In this document: positions 45,781-54,084 of the stretch, piece after piece
Position numbering within the stretch: position 1 is the stretch's first letter
Layout: every line of letters starts with the position of its first letter
From: Polyangiales bacterium
GTDB lineage: Bacteria > Myxococcota_A > Polyangia > Polyangiales > Houyiibacteriaceae
Reading direction: 5' to 3'
Assembly: GCA_045106895.1 (NCBI GenBank)
Contig: JBGCFM010000243.1
Location: forward strand, 1 to 54,112
Length of the DNA stretch: 54,112 nt
The notes under the pieces: model-generated
What the model saw: the letters and a program-made list of their open reading frames with translations, nothing else
The model's database searches: none
What the model was told of the DNA's origin: nothing
Program-made: the position numbers and the translations under genes

Positions 45781-47136
45781 ATGAAAGCCGGGGCGAGTGC
45801 CGCTCTCCTCTTCGGCATGCTCGTCGCGGCGGCATGTGGGTCCTCGACTGGGCTGAAGGTCGGTCCACCGTCCGATGCTGGAGTGGATGGTGACGCAGAG
45901 CGGCCAAGGGACGGCGCGCCACGGGACGGCGAAGCTCGGGATATTCGGGTCCAGCCTCTCCCGGACGCTGGGCCGCCCTTCGTGTTTCCCGAGCAGCCGG
46001 TGGACCCCACGTGCATCGAGCTTCCAAGCGACGGCCCCATCGAACTCTCTTTGCGTGGGCGCGTGCGTTCGGCGGACGTTCTATTTCTCATCGACCGCAC
46101 CGGGAGCATGGAAGAGGAGATCGATGCTGTTCGCGAGCAGCTCGCGGCAATTCTCATTCCCCAGCTTCGCTCGCTCATCGGCTCCCTCGCTATGGGCGTG
46201 GCTGTCTTCGATGAAGTGGACTTCGAGCCCTACGGAACACGCGCACTGGAGACGGTTCGTGTCTTAGCGCCCTTGGATACCAACCCGAGCGGTGCCCTCG
46301 CCGCCATCGAGATGATCGAAGTCGGCGGAGGCACTTCGTCCGACCCTCCCGAGGCCGCGGTGCCTGCCCTCGACATTCTTTTTCGCAACCGCGCTGGCTG
46401 TGTCCCAGGCAGCATGTGCTTACGCGCCGGTGTGGTGCCGGTGGTCCTGCTCTTCACGGACGCCGCGTTTCACAACGGCCCGGATGGCGACCTGCCCTAC
46501 GCGCCGCGTCCGCCACCGAGACCCGACGACCCCCCTCCGCGCATTATCGACGGCGGCGTGGAAGGGCCCATCCCCCTTCCTCCCTTAGTGCCGGCCACCT
46601 ACGACGAGATGCTCATGTCCCTCGGGGCTGTTGGTGCACGCGTCCTCGGCCTCTACAGTGGCGCGCCGGAACCGGACCAAGCGATTCGCCATTTGCGTCG
46701 CATCGCCCGCGACACGGGTGCCCTCAACAGCGCGGGGCAGCCGGTGTTCTTCGACATCGGTGAGAACGGCGAACGGGTTGGTGAAGGCATCGCGTCCGTC
46801 GTCAGCTCGCTCTTCGCGTCTGCCCCCATCGACGTCGTCCGTGCGAGCGTCTCGGATGTGCCTGGCGACGACGTCGACGCGAGCGGCTGGGTCCAAGTCG
46901 TCGCTTCGCGCGCCTTGCCGCCCACCGGCGCGACCATCGAAGCCGGCGTGTTTCGCGATGTTCGCGCCGGCGCCGTGGTCATCTTCCGCCTGGAGGTGAC
47001 CCCCCCCGACGACGCGCCAATCGGCGTGTACCCCATCGAGTTTGTGGCCGTAGACGGGGTCGGCGAAGAGCTCGACCGACGCATCGTCCGCCTGGTGATT
47101 CCCGGGCCGGGCGTGAGCTGCGAACCAAGTCCTTAG
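45781..47136 (+). CDS. von Willebrand factor A domain lipoprotein
   Basis: Lipobox AAAC; MIDAS-like 'LFLIDRTGSM'; 'DPPEA'; 'LFTDAAFH'. Confidence 0.85.
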   Translation: MKAGASAALLFGMLVAAACGSSTGLKVGPPSDAGVDGDAERPRDGAPRDGEARDIRVQPLPDAGPPFVFPEQPVDPTCIELPSDGPIELSLRGRVRSADVLFLIDRTGSMEEEIDAVREQLAAILIPQLRSLIGSLAMGVAVFDEVDFEPYGTRALETVRVLAPLDTNPSGALAAIEMIEVGGGTSSDPPEAAVPALDILFRNRAGCVPGSMCLRAGVVPVVLLFTDAAFHNGPDGDLPYAPRPPPRPDDPPPRIIDGGVEGPIPLPPLVPATYDEMLMSLGAVGARVLGLYSGAPEPDQAIRHLRRIARDTGALNSAGQPVFFDIGENGERVGEGIASVVSSLFASAPIDVVRASVSDVPGDDVDASGWVQVVASRALPPTGATIEAGVFRDVRAGAVVIFRLEVTPPDDAPIGVYPIEFVAVDGVGEELDRRIVRLVIPGPGVSCEPSP

Positions 47137-47189
47137 ATCGAATCTTCGACTTCAAAGGACATCGAGTTTTGCGCAGGTGCCCTCCAGAG

Positions 47190-47538
47190 AAGTTGTCGCC
47201 CAGGTAGACGCAACGGACTGCGCGAAGACGACGGTGGGCGCGAGCCGAGGGCATCCCGATGCCAACGACGTCTGCCTTCGCCAGCACCGGCATACCTGCG
47301 AACGCAGAAGTGGTGACACTGCAAGAACGCGGACCGCAGCTGCACCGGTCTCAACCACGACTGTTACTGCCCGGAGATCGCGTCGCGCATCTCCAACGCT
47401 CACTACTGCCTCGCCGCGCGCCGCGCGATTCAGCTCTGCTGGGGACCCTGGGCCGACGCGAACCACGGAGACGAAGTGCAGAAGGCTCTCGACACGTTGA
47501 ACACCTGCCAGACGGCAGCAGCGAACGACTGTTTCTAG
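47190..47538 (+). pseudogene. Decayed polymorphic-toxin tip, Ntox16-like (absent from the ORF track)
   Basis: 47317-47538 reads HCKNADRSCTGLNHDCYCPEIASRISNAHYCLAARRAIQLCWGPWADANHGDEVQKALDTLNTCQTAAANDCF*. It is preceded by an in-frame TGA (47314) and a probable frameshift; there is no start codon. Confidence 0.55.
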
Positions 47539-47630
47539 CTCTACTCTTCGGCGTCGAGAGCGTTGGAAGCGCGAAGCCCTCGCGAGCAATACTCTCAGGA
47601 ACAGCGCCTTCTGCGAACGATGAGCTGTTC

Positions 47631-48014
47631 TCAAATCCCGATGGCGTAGAGTTCGCTCAGCGTGAAGAGACAGAGAAACGAGTACACCTTATGAATCGTG
47701 GTGCCGGCGTTCAGGTCGAGTGCGCGTGATTCGATCTCCGCCGCCGGATAGTCCCGTCGCTGGGTGAACTGCCGGCCCTTCTTCACGTAGCTATCGATCA
47801 CCGCTTCAAAACGCGGGGGCACCTCCACGAGGTGCTGTTCGAGGACCGCCATTCGCGTGGAGATGACGTCGACGCGATGCACCGGCTTTCCCGCGAATCG
47901 AGCCTCGTCGAGTTCACACGCGACACCAAAGATCTCGCTCCGCGTCTTGATTCGCAGGGCCTCAAAGCGCTGCAGAATAGCGTCGCGGTCTTGGTGTACG
48001 TCGTAGTCAGCCAC
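47631..48014 (-). CDS. Hypothetical protein, probably a 5'-truncated fragment
   Basis: The frame stays open and coding-like upstream of the GTG (REFGLFKRFEYADA) up to a stop near 48068; no RBS seen. Confidence 0.45.
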   Translation of the reverse strand: MADYDVHQDRDAILQRFEALRIKTRSEIFGVACELDEARFAGKPVHRVDVISTRMAVLEQHLVEVPPRFEAVIDSYVKKGRQFTQRRDYPAAEIESRALDLNAGTTIHKVYSFLCLFTLSELYAIGI

Positions 48015-48076
48015 GGCGTCAGCGTATTCGAAGCGCTTGAAGAGGCCAAACTCTCGCCCTCGACATCACCACCACG

Positions 48077-48106
48077 AAAAAGCCCCCGCAGCAGAGCTAC
48101 GAGGGC
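48077..48106 (-). terminator. Rho-independent terminator downstream of the tRNA 3' end
   Basis: Minus strand GCCCTCGTAGC-TCT-GCTGCGGGGGC-TTTTT: an 11-bp stem with G-U pairs. Confidence 0.8.
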
Positions 48107-48124
48107 GTTTCCTTGTTCAGGATG

Positions 48125-48175
48125 GGTGGGTCATCTCGGACTTGAACCGAGAGCCAATGGATTAAGAATCCACTG
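48125..48175 (-). other. 3' fragment of tRNA-Lys(CTT); probable att junction of an integrated element
   Basis: Minus strand: GTGGA-TTCTTAA-TCCAT anticodon arm, CTCGG-TTCAAGT-CCGAG T-arm and ATGACCC-A-CC acceptor 3' strand. The 5' acceptor strand and an intact D-arm are missing. Confidence 0.88.
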
Positions 48176-48257
48176 TGCGCTACCGAGAAAACTCAATTGT
48201 TCCAGCCGCTTAGTTCACGTGGTTGACAACTGGCTGCCCAAAGAGCGGGCATCACGC

Positions 48258-48959
48258 TTAGAGTCGTAGGCCCACGGACAACAAGAACGACGTCTGTTCA
48301 AATGAAGAATTCAGACCATGAACGCCGACGACAAAGCGACCCACTCTCGCGCGTAACCCTCCGGTGAGAAAAAGGGCCGTTGGCGAGGGAAAAAACAGTT
48401 CGGCTCGTGCTTCTATCCAGATGCGCAGCAGCTCATTCGCGTAGACGGGCACACGTAGCGAGCCGTAGAACCCAAAAGCCGCGTGGAACAACCCAGACAG
48501 ACCAATGTCGACGCGGATCCCATCGAGGCGCCCAAGACGAAGCCAGAGTCCGCCTCCATACCTTGTTACCAACGAGCCTGAATCCAGCCGCCCTCCATGG
48601 GCAACGTTCAACGACGCGCCAACGGCGTAGTTGGTTCGTGAGTATGCGACGTAGGTTGATGCCGATGCACTACGGTCGTCCGCTATCCTACCGTGGAGGT
48701 TGGAGCACGCCTCGCATCGAGCGAACGTTCCTCGAAGGCCTACAGCTACTGGAGCCGAGAGTTCGAGATGAACGTCGGCGAACCAGGCGCGCCCAATGGG
48801 AGCAAGGCCGCCTCCCACTGCAACCTCCAGTGCGAAGTCAGGGTGCTCCGGGGCAAGAATCTCGCGTACAGCGTCTTGCGCACTCGCTCGTTCACCAATG
48901 GACAGGGCCATGAGCGTCAGAGCGAAGCAGGCGAACCTACAAAGGTCGGAACTTCGCAA
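48258..48959 (-). CDS. Hypothetical exported protein, possibly an outer-membrane beta-barrel
   Basis: Signal peptide ending ASAQ; amphipathic strands; C-terminal 'FLLSVGLRL'. TTG start inferred. Confidence 0.6.
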   Translation of the reverse strand: MRSSDLCRFACFALTLMALSIGERASAQDAVREILAPEHPDFALEVAVGGGLAPIGRAWFADVHLELSAPVAVGLRGTFARCEACSNLHGRIADDRSASASTYVAYSRTNYAVGASLNVAHGGRLDSGSLVTRYGGGLWLRLGRLDGIRVDIGLSGLFHAAFGFYGSLRVPVYANELLRIWIEARAELFFPSPTALFLTGGLRARVGRFVVGVHGLNSSFEQTSFLLSVGLRL

Positions 48960-49767
48960 TACTGATGCTTGTGTTTGAGCCGGTGCCATCGATGTCACGT
49001 TCAGTCATCTCGACGGCAATACTGCCACTTGGACCGACCGACATCGTAGCACCCCATCGAAAAGACGCATCCCCAACACCGAGTGCACCAGGACCATCGC
49101 CGACCAACGTCGCAACGTGCACCGCCTCGATTTCTTGGGAACCAGCAGTTTGCGTCAATCGTCGAACTGATGCGTAGCTCTGGGGGTTTAGGAAGAAGTC
49201 TGCTGCTGCCAAGCCGACAAGGAAGACCTGGCCGTCGCATTGCGAGAACAAAATGGAATTTTCTGCTCCGACCCAGCAGTTACCAGGGTGTCCGTTTTCA
49301 GGGTTCGCTGTGCAGTCAGGGGTCCATGTGTCAAGGAACTTCCAAGTGGTGTGCTCGTCAATTGCATCTTGGTCAGACAGGTAGAACCATCCGGGCCCCC
49401 GCCCACTCCAACGACCAGCAACGAACATCAGGTATCGACCAGATACGAGTTGAACCATGGACACGGAAGCTGCAGCCCATCCGCCACCAGGGGTGGGCTG
49501 TTCCAGTTCACCCTGTGCACCGAGGGCAAGTCTTGAAAGCTCGGTGTACGAGAATAAGTTGCCGTCATCAGGCCCATAAAAGATGATCTCACCCGCCTCT
49601 CGTTCCATCGGAACGACCACCACATCCCCTATCGAGCCGAGACCGCCTGGATGGGTAGAAGTGCTGTCAACTTCGATGTCTTGAAGGAGGAAGCCCTGAC
49701 TCCCGTCGAGGAAAGGAGTGCTTCCTGGAACGAATGTGAGTTGTTCAAAAAAGAACAAACGAAGCAA
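48937..49767 (-). pseudogene. 5'-truncated homolog of the C-terminal domain of the 11-12.6 kb protein
   Basis: Shares ordered motifs HPGG, AAxSxVQL, VAG, WFYxSD...ID..TxWKF...WxPD, CxGxxxLV, FRW and TER. It lacks the N-terminal half and a signal peptide. Confidence 0.7.
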
Positions 49768-49774
49768 ATAACGA

Positions 49775-49811
49775 GGACACCCACTTCATGACGGGGCCAA
49801 AGTGGGTGTCC
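49775..49811. repeat. 12-bp perfect inverted repeat GGACACCCACTT-N13-AAGTGGGTGTCC (REP-like)
   Basis: Read directly. A related half-site GGGACACCCATTT occurs intergenically at 37855-37867. Confidence 0.8.
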
Positions 49812-49841
49812 CCAGAGGCTCTGCTCGTGTTCTAATCAGGG

Positions 49842-50384
49842 TTGGTGACCGGTTCAGAAAAGCAGGAAGGAAGTTCCACAGGCATCGCAATAGTGGTTGG
49901 GCTGTGCGTGCTGCTCGGTGTCGTAGCACTTAATCGTTCACATCAAGCTCCCGCACCATCCCAACCAGTACCTCTTAGCCCTGTCGCATTGGAGCCAGTC
50001 ATACAGAGCGAGGCACTTCCTTACGAACGACTAGGGGTAATCCGAACTAGCGCACGTGGTTGCAATGTGCGCGCGGACCCCAGCGTAAACGCAGCACGGA
50101 CCGGGTTCGTCTTCAACGGAGTCGAGTGCCAGCTCTCTAGGCCACAAGCTGGCTGGCGCCGGGCAAATTGCGGTCAGGGCGTGCAGGGATTTCTCTCGAA
50201 CAGCTGCATCTCCATTCCTAGCAGAACCTCGTCCATGGCCATACAACCCATCCATCGTGCAAGAACGCGACGGCGCGCACCTGCGTGCTGTCGAGTGTGC
50301 CGCCGTGGATGTGCATGTGGAAATAGTTGCATCAGCTGTAGCCTGACGTGCCGACAACCGCGTGGCTGCGCCTGTGATGGCTAG
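49842..50384 (+). CDS. Membrane-anchored SH3b-like protein with a C-terminal Cys-rich domain
   Basis: TM 'IAIVVGLCVLLGVVAL'; SH3-like 'CNVRADPS...GWRRANCG.GVQGFLS'; tail 'CCRVCRRGCACGNSCISCSLTCRQPRGCACDG'. Confidence 0.7.
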   Translation: MVTGSEKQEGSSTGIAIVVGLCVLLGVVALNRSHQAPAPSQPVPLSPVALEPVIQSEALPYERLGVIRTSARGCNVRADPSVNAARTGFVFNGVECQLSRPQAGWRRANCGQGVQGFLSNSCISIPSRTSSMAIQPIHRARTRRRAPACCRVCRRGCACGNSCISCSLTCRQPRGCACDG

Positions 50385-50455
50385 AATCTGGGTGAACTGC
50401 GCCGACGTGGGGAAGGAGTAACGAGGCCTCTCATGGGCTCCTGGTGCGCCCAATC

Positions 50456-50986
50456 TCAACCACTTGTCCGACCAATGACAGCTTCGCGAAGGCGCTGCTC
50501 GCATGCTCTCAGTCGGACGAGGTGCTTGCTGTACCGCGCGGCGCTCATCGCCGTCGGCCTGTCGGGCGGGATGCCGAAGAGTAGTGGCCCCACGAACACG
50601 CTCCTCGCCTTCGCCAGCTGGCTCGCTGCTCGCTCGGCCTCGCTTCCGCGCGCAGACGCGTACTCGACCCCAACACAACGTCGGCACAGTAGACCGTCGT
50701 CGTCGTTGTTGTCGACGAAGAGCAGCGCGACGCGAACGTCGCAGTCTGGGCACCTGCCCCAGTACCGGACGCCGCCGTAGTGAGGCTCGGTCACTGTCAG
50801 GGGCACCCAAGCCTCCGTGCCGCCTTCAACGTGAATGGCGGCGGCCTCGATGTCCAAGGTGCACAACACTCGCCGGTGGTCTGTTCCTCGTTGCAGCCAG
50901 TGATACAAGCGGCGGCGGCCTTGCGCTGCGAACTGTCTCATCAGCCGGCGAACATCGAGGCGGTATAGTTGGGAGTCGAGCGGCAT
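50456..50986 (-). CDS. Hypothetical zinc-finger protein of a type often seen in integrative elements
   Basis: 'LTVTEPHYGGVRYWGRCPDC...LLCRRCVGVEYAS' contains two CxxC pairs; it lies just downstream of the integrase. Confidence 0.7.
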   Translation of the reverse strand: MPLDSQLYRLDVRRLMRQFAAQGRRRLYHWLQRGTDHRRVLCTLDIEAAAIHVEGGTEAWVPLTVTEPHYGGVRYWGRCPDCDVRVALLFVDNNDDDGLLCRRCVGVEYASARGSEAERAASQLAKARSVFVGPLLFGIPPDRPTAMSAARYSKHLVRLRACEQRLREAVIGRTSG

Positions 50987-51048
50987 TGGTGCAAAACAAC
51001 TGGCGGGTGGATGAGGTCAGCGTATGTCCGGCGGCCCGGCGGCGCTGC

Positions 51049-52164
51049 TTAGACCGATACGTTCTGGTCGGAGTCGTCGTCGTGCCCTGCCGCTGGATCG
51101 CGAACGCCTGGAGTGGGGAGCACTCGCTTCACAGTCCTTAGTGCGGTGGCGCTTTGGTCCGGGTCAATGTGCGCATAGCGTCGCGTCATGTCCAAGGACG
51201 AGTGGCCTAGGATTTCGGCGATGGTCGCTAGCGAAACCCCCGCACGCCGAAGCCGTGTCGCGAGGTCGTGCCGCAGGTCGTGGAAGTGGAAATCGACGAT
51301 TTTTGCTCGCTCCGCCGCCCGTCGGAACGCCTTCGACACCCAGGTTCCACATATAGGTCCGCCCCGGCGTGGAAAGAGCAGGGCGTCTGGTGTTGTCGCC
51401 CGTGCCAAGAGCATTGCCCAGACCGCGGAGTCAGGCTCGACGGAACGTGATCGGTTCGTCTTCGTCTCATCCACGAAAATCCGGCCCGTGGTGAGAAGGT
51501 GCTCTCCTCGCAGCCGGAGAATCTCACCCTTCCGCATTCCGGTGCTATGGGCGACCCGCACGAGGTCCAGCAGGTCGCCGGAAAGCTGTGCGAAGAGTCG
51601 GTCATGCTCTTCGGGCTCAAGCCACTTAACTCGTCCCTGAGGCTCTCGGAGCTTCTGCACGTCGCGGAGGCGCTCGCCGAGGTCGGCCGAGAGAAGGTCG
51701 TGTCGCCGAGCGTAGCGAATCGCCCGCTTCCAAGTCGCCATCGCACGGTTGATGGACGCAGGGGAGACCCCGGACGCCGCATACGCGGTTCTGAAGTCGT
51801 CGACGCACGCTGGCGTCATGTCGGGGAGGGGCAGGTCGGGAATGAACGCTTTCAGCGTCCGCACCCGACTCTCCACGGACTTCGAGGACTTTAGGTCCTG
51901 CACTTGGGCGCCGGCGACGTACTCGTCGAGGAGGGTGTGCAGGGCCACGACCTTGCGCTTCTGCACGCCGCAACGGAGTGCCTCGCACTCCTCCAGCAGT
52001 AGGGCAGCGCGGCGCTTTGCAGCGGCTGCTGGGAGGCCCTTCGGGAAGGTCCTCTGGACACGCTGCTGAATCCCGGAGGGGTCCCGGAACTTGTAGTCAA
52101 AGCGGTACCGGCCGTCCTTTGACTTGCTGAGCCCTGGCAGGCTGAATCGGTTGGGCCGGCCCAT
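51049..52164 (-). CDS. Tyrosine recombinase/integrase
   Basis: 'TGMRKGEI' (R), 'ETKTNRSR' (K), 'FHDLRH' (HxxR), 'ILGHSSLDMTRRYAH' (H, Y); N-terminal arm-binding-like segment. Start moved to ATG 52164. Confidence 0.95.
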   Translation of the reverse strand: MGRPNRFSLPGLSKSKDGRYRFDYKFRDPSGIQQRVQRTFPKGLPAAAAKRRAALLLEECEALRCGVQKRKVVALHTLLDEYVAGAQVQDLKSSKSVESRVRTLKAFIPDLPLPDMTPACVDDFRTAYAASGVSPASINRAMATWKRAIRYARRHDLLSADLGERLRDVQKLREPQGRVKWLEPEEHDRLFAQLSGDLLDLVRVAHSTGMRKGEILRLRGEHLLTTGRIFVDETKTNRSRSVEPDSAVWAMLLARATTPDALLFPRRGGPICGTWVSKAFRRAAERAKIVDFHFHDLRHDLATRLRRAGVSLATIAEILGHSSLDMTRRYAHIDPDQSATALRTVKRVLPTPGVRDPAAGHDDDSDQNVSV

Positions 52165-52442
52165 CAGAGAGCCTCGAGTGTCTGTGTTGTCTTCATGCTC
52201 AGACTGAAAGCCCGAGTTCCGCCAGCTGGGCCAATGGACTCGCTTTTCCTGCCAGGAAGGAGCTGGCATGGACGGCGTCCGCATCTGCCATGCAGCCGTG
52301 CGGCTACCAGCCACTCCCAGGCTCTCACAGGCGTGACCGGGGCGTTGCCTTGGACCTGGCGCGGTCCCACCTCCCCGGCGGTCGCTCGTAGGCTCCTGGG
52401 CCATGCATTGTGGTCTGCCTACCCACGCGACGGCGTACCCAC

Positions 52443-53690
52443 TCAAGCGGGAATCGGTAGTCCTGTGACGTAGGCTAGCGTCGGCAACAGGAGCGAAGCC
52501 CAGAAACCGTTTGGCGAGGCCAGCCAGTCTCCGAGCGGCGCCATCATGTTGGGAAGCTGCTCCAGTCGGTCATGGAGTTCGCTGTGAACATACCGGGCGA
52601 ACTTGATGGCCCGCGTCGCGCCGCGCCGCGAGGCCAGCGCGCAATCGATGAACGCGTCCTCCACAAGGTATTTTCGCTTCCGACCTCGCTTCCGACTGCG
52701 CTGTTCGCGGCGTTTCTGGTACTGCTTCAGGGAGGGCCTACGACGTTCGGTGCCCATCTCCCAAACGGCGCGTAGGAGACACTGTTCACGAGGGGTCCAT
52801 GTGTTCGCGGCGCGCCCGAGCGAGAGAAGCTGAAGCTCGTTGAAGTCCTCCCTGACGAGAGGGCCGAGTGTCACCAGGCAGTCAGTCGGCTGCTTGAGCG
52901 GGAGTCGGTATTCACAGCGAAGGACATCACGCCAGTCATCGTAGCTGGGTGGAAGCGCCCGGTTTTTCCGCGACCGCTCTAGCCGCTTGTCGTAGACGAC
53001 AAAGTGGGTCCCGTCGGGGCTTCCATGCCGCCGGTAGTCTGGCTTTCCGTCGTCGTGTCGGAAGACATCGGTGCGCACGAACCGCTTCTTGTTGAGGACG
53101 AACGAGAGGACCTGAGAGAAGGCGACATCGAAATCGACCGCGATGTCGCACTCTGCGATTTGGCGCGATGCCGATGAGTACTGGTCGACAATCCATCGAG
53201 CGATCCCGACGTAGTCCGGGAAGCAGCCGCCGTGGAGGATGATCCGGCGTTCACCAACGTTGGGTTTCAAAGGGCCATCGCAGATCTTAGCCAGGGCCGT
53301 GCCACGCTCGGTCTGAAGGACCTGGTAGACCGTGCGGTACGGAAGGTTCCGCCGTCGCATCGGAAAGTCGTTCTGCTCTGCCGCCTGAAACCACAAGCCG
53401 GTGTCCGCCCAAGGGACTGATTGACCGGGGACAAGCTCTCGCCACTCGGCAGGGAGCGGAATGGCTCCGTCGCTGACCACCGCTAGCCCGTCCACCTTCG
53501 CTATACTCCGTGTGGCTACAGCAACCTCGGTGGGGAGAGATGAGTTGTACATAAGGGGGGGTGGTACCACCCCGTGAACCCGGTCCAGCGGCAGGGGTCG
53601 GTCGCCCTTCAAGCCGTGGTGGAGCGCTGTACGTGAAACACCAATAATCCTCGCTGCTTCCACGATGGGGGTACCGCTCTCGAGTATCAA
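52443..53690 (-). CDS. Rep_trans-like rolling-circle replication initiator with an N-terminal HTH
   Basis: 'IAECDIAVDF' (xxDxAxD), 'HGSPDGTHFVVYDKRLE' (candidate catalytic YDK), 'VLRCEYRL' (RxExR); HTH 'IVEAARIIGVSRTALHH'. Confidence 0.72.
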   Translation of the reverse strand: MILESGTPIVEAARIIGVSRTALHHGLKGDRPLPLDRVHGVVPPPLMYNSSLPTEVAVATRSIAKVDGLAVVSDGAIPLPAEWRELVPGQSVPWADTGLWFQAAEQNDFPMRRRNLPYRTVYQVLQTERGTALAKICDGPLKPNVGERRIILHGGCFPDYVGIARWIVDQYSSASRQIAECDIAVDFDVAFSQVLSFVLNKKRFVRTDVFRHDDGKPDYRRHGSPDGTHFVVYDKRLERSRKNRALPPSYDDWRDVLRCEYRLPLKQPTDCLVTLGPLVREDFNELQLLSLGRAANTWTPREQCLLRAVWEMGTERRRPSLKQYQKRREQRSRKRGRKRKYLVEDAFIDCALASRRGATRAIKFARYVHSELHDRLEQLPNMMAPLGDWLASPNGFWASLLLPTLAYVTGLPIPA

Positions 53691-53714
53691 GTCGGCAGAT
53701 TTGACCCTCCAGAG

Positions 53715-54084
53715 CGCTCAAGTGTGTGACGCCCGTTCGATCAGCCGGTGTGACCCGTGTTTCCATCGCTGCGGTGACGGCTGCCTCAATACGGTCAAGG
53801 GTCTTGCCGGCGAAGGTGTTGTCGGGCCTCTTCACGAAACGATGCAGGGTCGAGACCGCCACGTGGCCGCGGGCCAGCCTCCAGTATGACCATCCATGCT
53901 CGGAGAGCATACGGGCTACGAGCACTCGCATCTCCCCCACGGCGTGGTCTGTCCAGTGCGTCGAGCCGGTCACGATGACGTTCCCATCCCCCTCGTCAGC
54001 CTCGGCACCGGTCGTCACCTTATGAGGCTCACTCACAGGGAGTCGCCCATCTGGAGGGACGCAGCCCTCGCGCGGCGACTTCAT
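53715..54084 (-). CDS. HTH-containing N-terminal segment, probably the frameshifted 5' part of the Rep gene
   Basis: ATG 54084 with GGAGGG 6 nt upstream; 'SYWRLARGHVAVSTLHRFV' is HTH-like. The frame continues to 53287 only as an implausible overlap with Rep. Confidence 0.5.

Noticed and set aside
47314..47316. Selenocysteine or readthrough at the TGA in the toxin remnant
   Set aside because: The position does not appear to correspond to a conserved Cys, and the region also has a frameshift and no start codon; simple decay is more likely.
48100..48210. Intact tRNA-Lys gene
   Set aside because: Only the anticodon arm, T-arm and 3' acceptor strand are present; there is no complementary 5' acceptor strand or proper D-arm. 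Treated as an att fragment.
52164..52370. Excisionase gene upstream of the integrase
   Set aside because: The 68-aa ORF abuts the integrase start but shows no HTH or Xis-like pattern.
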